From Verrucomicrobiales bacterium (lineage in GTDB: Bacteria > Verrucomicrobiota > Verrucomicrobiia > Verrucomicrobiales > V1-33), in NCBI GenBank assembly GCA_031411295.1, contig JANOAV010000107.1, forward strand, positions 1-23,219: a stretch of DNA of 23,219 nucleotides, in the 5' to 3' direction. Below are positions 17,801 through 23,219 of the stretch, piece by piece. The position numbers were made by a program, and so were the translations under genes. The notes under the pieces are model-generated. The model had not been told where the DNA came from, ran no database searches, and worked only from the letters and a program-made list of their open reading frames with translations. Each line of letters starts with the position of its first letter. The first letter of the stretch is position 1.

Positions 17801-20800
17801 GAGGCACGCAAAGCGCAGGAGGTTCTGGCGGAACTACTGCCAACTCCATCGGTAGTAACGGCAGTTCTCTCGCCGGAGGCACCGGTGCCTCCGGGTATAA
17901 TACCACTGGCAGCCTCGCTGGCACCGTAGGTGTCGCTGGAACCGGCGGCGGGGCTGCAGGCGGGCAAGCTAACGACACCGGTCGTGCAGGCGGTGGCGGT
18001 GGCGGTGGCGGTTACTTCGGCGGCGGCGGTGCCAGTGGTGCCACTGCCGGAAACATTTCAGGCGGCGGCGGCGGCAGCGGCTCAAGCTACGCTCCGAGCG
18101 GCACGCTCACGGCCGGCAGCGGACAGACCACTGCCAACAATGCCGACACCGACTACAACGGCAGCGCCGGACAAGGCGGCAACGGCGGGGCGATTGGCGG
18201 GGATGGGACTGCGGGGAATATTGGCCGAGTCGTCATCAGTTACAGCGCTCCTGGCAGCGCCACCTTCACCCAGAGCCCGACCTTTGCCTCGGCCTTTACC
18301 TTGCCAGCCACGTCCGCACCCTCAGTGACCGCCTATTACGCAGTCTCCACCGGCTCCATGCCCGCGAGCCCTTCCGTGACCGCGGTCCTGAAAAACGGCG
18401 CCACGACGATCGCCACCAGCAGCAGCGTCACCGCCAGCGCCACGACTGGCTCCGGCTTCTTCACCTTCTCCTTCCCCGCTCTCGCCAGTGCCTTCAACTT
18501 CGCCGTTGGCGACGCGTTGTCCCTGGTCATCACCAACAACCAGTCGGGCGTCACCTTCACAGTGAGCTACGACAGCATTACCAAGCCTTCAGTCATCAAC
18601 CTGCCCACGACCACGGTCATTACGATCACCAGCTTCGGCCTTTACAGCACCCCTTATCCTGGCACCAGCCTCATCACTTCCATGACCAACGGCCAGCGCG
18701 TCTATGCCCGCGCCGCCGTAAGCGATCCCTTCGGGACCTACGACATTACCAGTCTCGATCTGGCCATCACGGACCCTGCCAACGCCACGACCACCCAGAA
18801 TCTGACATCCGCAGTTTCCGACAACGGCACTACCAAGATCTACGAATACTCCTTCCTCGCCGGCCCGTCCGACGGTGCCTACACGGTGAAAGCCACTGCC
18901 AATGAAGGAACCGAGGGCATCAACGCCATTGCCACCGTGCCCCTGCAGGTAACCTCGCTCGACCTTGGCACACCCAGCACCACGACCTTTATCGATGCGG
19001 CAGGCAACGACGTAACCGTGTATCCCACCACCGGCCCGGTCTATGTGCAGGTCGTGGATCGCGATCAGAACACGAATGCCAGCGTCGTCGAAACGGTGAC
19101 CGTCGTGGTCACCACCAGCAATGGAGACCGGGAAACCATCACGCTCACCGAAACCGGCCCCAATACCGGCATTTTCCGCAGCGCGGCCATCACCACCAAC
19201 ACCAGTGCCGTCACCCTGGGCAACGGTGCCCTCAACGTGATCGCCGGTGCCGGACTCTCGGCCGTTTACATTGACCCCACGGATTCCTCGGACACCAGCA
19301 GCGATACGGCGACGATCGCGGCACCGGTAGGAACGCCCGCCGTCAACATCTTCAAATCCCTCGTTTCACCGAGCAATGGAAACGTTCTGGTCGGAGGCAC
19401 GGTGACCTATAACATCGCGGTTTCCAACCCCGGCACCGTCAATCTCCCGACGGTGAGCGTCACGGACACCTACACTGCGGCCAATCTTTCTTTTGTGAGC
19501 GCCAGCATTGCCCCCAATACCACCGGTTCCGGCACCATGAACTGGACCAACGTGGGTCCGCTGGCTCCGGGACAGACCGTAAACATTACGGTGAATTTCA
19601 CCGCACTGCTGGCGGGAACCAACATCCCCAACTCCGTCTCCGCGGGGGGAACGGCCACCGCCGGTCCGTCCACGGTTAACGTCACCATTCAGAAGCCCGC
19701 AATTCTGGTCACCAAGACGCTTCTCACTCCCGCGTCCGGACCAGCTTACATCGGCGACACCATCTCCTGGCGCATCGTGGTTCAAAACGTCGGCAACACC
19801 AGCATCACCACCCTGCCGCTTTCGGATACCTACAGTGGCGGCGCTTTCACCTTCGTGTCGGCCACGACAGCGCCCGATTCCGCCGGGAGCGGATCGCTCC
19901 TTTGGAACAACCTTGGCCCGCTCGCGGCCGCCGCATCCAAAACGATCGATGTCACCATGACGGTCAAGGGCACCGGCAATCCCAGCCCAAATACTGCGGA
20001 TGTCTCCTACGCGGTGGACTCCCTCGGAAATGCCGTTCCACCCTCCGTCAGCACCGCTAGCATCGTCACCATCGGTGGTTCGATCGGCAGCACCATCTTC
20101 AAGGACACCAACAACAACGGAGCCTTCAACACGGGCGAAGGCATCGCTAATGTTTATGTTTACATCGACACCAATGGCAACGGAATCCGGGACGTCGGCG
20201 AACCGTTCGACATCACCGATTCCACCGGCACCTATTCCATCCACAACCTGCCCGTGGCCGCCGGCGCCGGCACCACCTACAACGTCAAGGTGGACACCAC
20301 GACGCTGCCCGCCGGTCTGACCACCAATGTCGTCGATCCTGATGCGACAAAGAACAGCGCGACCTCCATCACCCTCACGCGCACCGTCCCTGACGTCACC
20401 ACGGCGAACTGGGGCTACCGTGGCACCGCCTCAATCGGTGACCGCGTCTGGCTCGATCTCAATGGAGATGGTATTCAGGACGCCACGGATCGGCCAATAG
20501 CTGGGGTCAAGGTCTTCATTGATCTCAACGGCAACGGAACCTGGGAGGCAAATGAGCCCACCGCCACCACCGATGCCAATGGCAACTACACCATCGGCAC
20601 TCTCCCGGACGGCACTTACAGCGTCGTGATCGACACCGCCACGCTGCCCGCAGGCGTCACGCCGACTTTCGATCTGGACGGAACCGCCACCGCAAACAAG
20701 TCCACCGTCACAGTCACTGCCGGCCAGGTTAGAACCGACGCCGACTTCGGCTACGTAGGCGGCGCATCCATTGGCAGCATCATTTATGCAGACTGGAACG

Positions 20801-23219
20801 GCAACGGCGTGCTTGATGCCACCACCGACAAGGGACTCTCAGGCGTGAAGGTCTTCATTGATCTCAATGGAGACGGCATCCGTCAGGCCAACGAGCCCTT
20901 CGCCACCACCAATGCCACCGGCGCTTACAACATCACCGGTCTGACCGCCGGCACCTATGCGGTGGTCGTTGACACCACCAGCCTTCCAGCAGGCGTCGTA
21001 GTGAAAGGCGATCCCGACCCAACCAAGGACGGAAAGACCTCAGTCACAGTCACATCGAGTCAGGCCAACACGACGACCAACTTCGGCTACCAGGGCAGCT
21101 CCATCATCAGTGGCAAATTTGTGGTCGGAAACGGAAACGGCGTCGCCGACACCGGCGAGGCCGGCCTGAACGGCGTCACCCTTTCGCTGCTTTTTGCAGG
21201 TCCGGACGGAATCTTTGGCAACGGCGACGACACCACCCTCACGACCAACACCGCTGCCGACGGCGCTTACAGCTTCGGTAATCTCCTCGCGGGCAGCTAC
21301 CGCATCAGCAAGACAACCCCCGCCGGTTACGCCAGCCTGGCGGACGCAGACGGTGGCAACCCCGACCTGATCAACGTCACTCTCGCAGGCGGGGCCACAC
21401 TGGCTGCCAGGGATTTCGAGGCCAGCATCGTGACTGTTTCAGGAAAGGTGTGGGACGACGCCAACAACAGCGCCAACAACACCTTCAGCAATATTCCCTC
21501 CGCCGGGGAAACGGGCACCAACGCGGGCGGCTTGCTCTATGCCATTCTCGTTGATTCCAGCGGCAATGTTGCCAAATCCACCCCGGTGAATGCGGACGGC
21601 AGCTACACCTTCAGCACCGTGCTTCCGGCCAGCGGTTACACCATCCGCCTCGCCACCAGCGCAGGCACTGTGGGCCAGACGGCGCCAGCCGCGGGCCTGC
21701 CCTCTGGCTGGACGGCCACCTCCCCCACCGCCACCGGAGCATTTACCGTCGCCACCACAAGTTTGGCTGGCAATGATTTCGGGATTGAATCCCTCCCCAC
21801 GGCCAATCCGGCCAGCGGCACCTTCGCCAATCCAGGTGGCACGACCCCAGTCAGCGTGCCGACACTGAGTGGCACGGATCTGGAAGACCCTGCCGTCACG
21901 AAGTTCATCATCAAGACGCTGCCAACCAACGGCACCCTTTACTACAACGGCACCGCCGTCACCACCGGCCAGACGATCACCGGCTACAACGCCGCGTTAC
22001 TGACTTTTGATCCGAACGATGGCACCTTCACCTCCACCTTCACCTACACGGCTGTCGACGCTGCCGGAAAAGAATCTTCGCCTGCCACGGTAACGATGAA
22101 CTTTAATGCATTGAGCATCGCTGGTAATGCCCTCAATGACGCCAACGGCCTGACCGATTCCATCGTCAATGGCACCGGCACCAATGCCGGAGCCACGCTC
22201 TACGCCAACCTCGTGAGCGGCGGACTCGTCGTCGCCAAGACACCCATCGCTGCAGACGGCAGCTACAGCTTCGCCAACGTGAGCGCCAACACGACCTACA
22301 CCGTTGTGCTCAGCACCACCAACGGCACCATCGGAGCCGCCGCCCCTGCCGCCAGCCTGCCCGCAGGCTATGTGAACACCGGTGAAAACATCGGAGCCGC
22401 CGCCGGCAATGATGGAACACCCAATGGTTCGCTCACCGTCGCGATCGTCACCACCAGCATCTCCAACGCCAATTTCGGCATCGAACAACCGCCGACGGCC
22501 AATGCCATCACTGCTGCTTCCCAGGCTAATCCCGGCGGCACCACCGAAGTCACGGTAGCCACATTGACCGGCACCGATCCCGAAGACCCAACCGTCACAA
22601 AATTCATCATCCAAACGCTGCCAACCAACGGCACGCTGTATTACAACGGCAGCGCCGTGACCGTCGGCCAGACCATCACCGCCTACAATCCAGCGCTCCT
22701 GACCATTGATCCCAACAACGGCAGCCTGACCGTGAGCCTCACCTACAGCGCCGTGGATGCCGCCGGAAAAGTCTCCGCCGCCGCCACGGTCCAGATGCCC
22801 TTCGCGGCATTGAGCATCGCTGGTAATGCCCTCAATGACGCCAACGGCCTGACCGATTCCATCGTCAACGGCACCGGCACTAACGTCGGAGCCACGCTCT
22901 ACGCCAACCTCGTGAGCGGCGGACTCGTCGTCGCCAAGACACCGATCGCCGCGGACGGCAGCTACAGCTTCGCCAACGTGAGCGCCAATACGACCTACAC
23001 CGTCGTGCTGAGCACCACCAACGGCACCATTGGCGCAGCTCCTCCAGTCGCCAGCCTGCCCGCAGGCTACGTCAACACCGGCGAGAACATCGGCACCGCC
23101 GCCGGCAATGATGGCACACCCAATGGTTCGCTCACCGTGGCTGTGACCACTGCCAGCATCACGCAAGCCAACTTCGGCATCGAACAACCGCCGACGGCCG
23201 ACGCCATCACTGCTGCCTC
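14881..23219 (+). CDS. Giant multidomain surface protein/adhesin (>2,770 aa), 3' end outside the window
   Basis: Frame +1 is open from ATG 14881 (alternative ATG 14965) to the window end. Signal peptide ...RAWAVSFLLTFLSLLASASA; IgGFc-binding-like N-terminal region (IIAAQDNTTVQV, VTSTKPVQV, WGSSYYAP); DUF11-like at ~16470-16860; LTETxxNxGIFR modules at ~16890-17220 and ~18970-19320; Gly-rich domain at ~17360-18245; two DUF11-like domains at ~19335-20070; four SdrD-B-like domains at ~20074-21423 (SIGDRVWLDLNGDGIQD); then ~233-aa repeats. Confidence 0.92.
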   Translation, partial: MYYHECRFRTRVAKPNSRHRNAATAFFVMSSRAWAVSFLLTFLSLLASASAALNVQTFFIPFPETDFQSSLKAIDTTGTPVGNSMKTIISIVVPTAGTVIRYDHWEDGYEADLNAPVQPGTQVWGDGNLANGVAPGYPTDILPAGAVITLNNNVALPRSATTLAYDGRDRIGTTAAVAVTRAGWGIAPGTVLASATEVYDTRKYGTAYKIPVGTTSGTAQNFEYSSLHIIAAQDNTTVQVDLDGNGTVDQTKVLNLGDSMFVNGGVKAGATVTSTKPVQVHELTGDIGSTYEGRTLAIRPTNLWGSSYYAPVGTTLATEVHTVYFYNPGAAAITVNYETSTGTISVPAYPAVGYDNAKFSMPMNSGAHFYTATGDPFYAIGANDSGAAATANQTHDWGYALVPENYLTTGLVIGFGPGSDDLVAPTGPDQNGNPVWVTPNADTTVYVNYAGDFTIGALTAPNGAKYDIAYPVKKLASQTIYDPNDKDMTKARLFTTNGVKLAGAWGEDPSKAGPGSPYLDMGTTIVPFPQPAVTKTSAIVVDLNSDGKAGTGDTIEYLVRVANEGVVDLDNTIVLDALPTSVTYVPGSTKINGVSIPDNSLPSSVFPVDESGYVLSSIPPGSYTDVKYRVTVNAGATSIINNVTVNGGSVTLSTSTTVPVAPSGGSTACSLAFTNASGAAAPSYASGSGLYVTLTDADSAGKGAQSVVVKNTTTGDIETISLTETAPNSGIFRNTSPLPSSITAGLSQGDGTLYSPIGSLLQATHTDAAFGDVCTANSAIAVPSLTKKLYLNGAGGTLADGLDRIDPVAANDTSTSQTSALASSATTKASFTTSGANSWTVPAGVTSITVKSWGAGGGGGGGGSASAGGAGGGGGYATTTIAVTPGETLTVPVGGGGGGGAILTVGTLVGTGGGGGGWSGVKRGTTTLIAAAGGAGGGGGDDGATNAGGAGGAGGATTGVTGGTGGSPTAPGVGGTQSAGGSGGTTANSIGSNGSSLAGGTGASGYNTTGSLAGTVGVAGTGGGAAGGQANDTGRAGGGGGGGGYFGGGGASGATAGNISGGGGGSGSSYAPSGTLTAGSGQTTANNADTDYNGSAGQGGNGGAIGGDGTAGNIGRVVISYSAPGSATFTQSPTFASAFTLPATSAPSVTAYYAVSTGSMPASPSVTAVLKNGATTIATSSSVTASATTGSGFFTFSFPALASAFNFAVGDALSLVITNNQSGVTFTVSYDSITKPSVINLPTTTVITITSFGLYSTPYPGTSLITSMTNGQRVYARAAVSDPFGTYDITSLDLAITDPANATTTQNLTSAVSDNGTTKIYEYSFLAGPSDGAYTVKATANEGTEGINAIATVPLQVTSLDLGTPSTTTFIDAAGNDVTVYPTTGPVYVQVVDRDQNTNASVVETVTVVVTTSNGDRETITLTETGPNTGIFRSAAITTNTSAVTLGNGALNVIAGAGLSAVYIDPTDSSDTSSDTATIAAPVGTPAVNIFKSLVSPSNGNVLVGGTVTYNIAVSNPGTVNLPTVSVTDTYTAANLSFVSASIAPNTTGSGTMNWTNVGPLAPGQTVNITVNFTALLAGTNIPNSVSAGGTATAGPSTVNVTIQKPAILVTKTLLTPASGPAYIGDTISWRIVVQNVGNTSITTLPLSDTYSGGAFTFVSATTAPDSAGSGSLLWNNLGPLAAAASKTIDVTMTVKGTGNPSPNTADVSYAVDSLGNAVPPSVSTASIVTIGGSIGSTIFKDTNNNGAFNTGEGIANVYVYIDTNGNGIRDVGEPFDITDSTGTYSIHNLPVAAGAGTTYNVKVDTTTLPAGLTTNVVDPDATKNSATSITLTRTVPDVTTANWGYRGTASIGDRVWLDLNGDGIQDATDRPIAGVKVFIDLNGNGTWEANEPTATTDANGNYTIGTLPDGTYSVVIDTATLPAGVTPTFDLDGTATANKSTVTVTAGQVRTDADFGYVGGASIGSIIYADWNGNGVLDATTDKGLSGVKVFIDLNGDGIRQANEPFATTNATGAYNITGLTAGTYAVVVDTTSLPAGVVVKGDPDPTKDGKTSVTVTSSQANTTTNFGYQGSSIISGKFVVGNGNGVADTGEAGLNGVTLSLLFAGPDGIFGNGDDTTLTTNTAADGAYSFGNLLAGSYRISKTTPAGYASLADADGGNPDLINVTLAGGATLAARDFEASIVTVSGKVWDDANNSANNTFSNIPSAGETGTNAGGLLYAILVDSSGNVAKSTPVNADGSYTFSTVLPASGYTIRLATSAGTVGQTAPAAGLPSGWTATSPTATGAFTVATTSLAGNDFGIESLPTANPASGTFANPGGTTPVSVPTLSGTDLEDPAVTKFIIKTLPTNGTLYYNGTAVTTGQTITGYNAALLTFDPNDGTFTSTFTYTAVDAAGKESSPATVTMNFNALSIAGNALNDANGLTDSIVNGTGTNAGATLYANLVSGGLVVAKTPIAADGSYSFANVSANTTYTVVLSTTNGTIGAAAPAASLPAGYVNTGENIGAAAGNDGTPNGSLTVAIVTTSISNANFGIEQPPTANAITAASQANPGGTTEVTVATLTGTDPEDPTVTKFIIQTLPTNGTLYYNGSAVTVGQTITAYNPALLTIDPNNGSLTVSLTYSAVDAAGKVSAAATVQMPFAALSIAGNALNDANGLTDSIVNGTGTNVGATLYANLVSGGLVVAKTPIAADGSYSFANVSANTTYTVVLSTTNGTIGAAPPVASLPAGYVNTGENIGTAAGNDGTPNGSLTVAVTTASITQANFGIEQPPTADAITAA
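22108..23219 (+). repeat. Intragenic tandem repeat, 699-bp unit (233 aa), with a more divergent copy at ~21430-22107
   Basis: GCATTGAGCATCGCTGGTAATGCCCTCAATGACGCCAACGGCCTGACCGATTCCATCGTCAA occurs at 22108 and again at 22807; high identity continues to the window end. Confidence 0.92.

Noticed and set aside
15091..23187. Minus-strand ORFs 15091-16065, 17505-17978 (Pro-rich), 19366-20244, 21997-23187 and others
   Set aside because: Antisense shadows of the giant adhesin, caused by its ACC/GCC/GGC codon bias; poly-Pro mirrors poly-Gly.

Overview
Bacterial genomic DNA, probably Verrucomicrobiota. This is inferred from leaders that mostly lack a clear Shine-Dalgarno site and from a DPDGDG...EYAxG C-terminal domain on secreted proteins. 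Left to right: a partial vWA-domain membrane protein (minus strand, missing from the ORF track); a ~1.3 kb patchwork of palindromes and gene debris (membrane-protein pseudogene, internally inverted IS21 remnant, PIN-like and rpsA-like snippets); a secreted YWTD beta-propeller protein; a GH18 hydrolase; a convergent FKBP-type PPIase; a small membrane protein; an SHD1 + HExxH peptidase-like protein; asnS; apt; a collapsed OmpR-type regulator remnant; a large lamin-tail/CotH kinase surface protein; a c-type cytochrome lipoprotein; an AT-rich promoter region; and a giant (>2,770 aa) mosaic adhesin that runs off the window and is also missing from the ORF track. No tRNA, rRNA or CRISPR array was seen. 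I found no clear-cut new multi-gene system. The best leads are the adhesin with an inserted polyglycine domain, the shared C-terminal domain on two unrelated secreted proteins, and the fragment mosaic at 1183-2030. All family assignments come from motif recognition by eye, not database searches.
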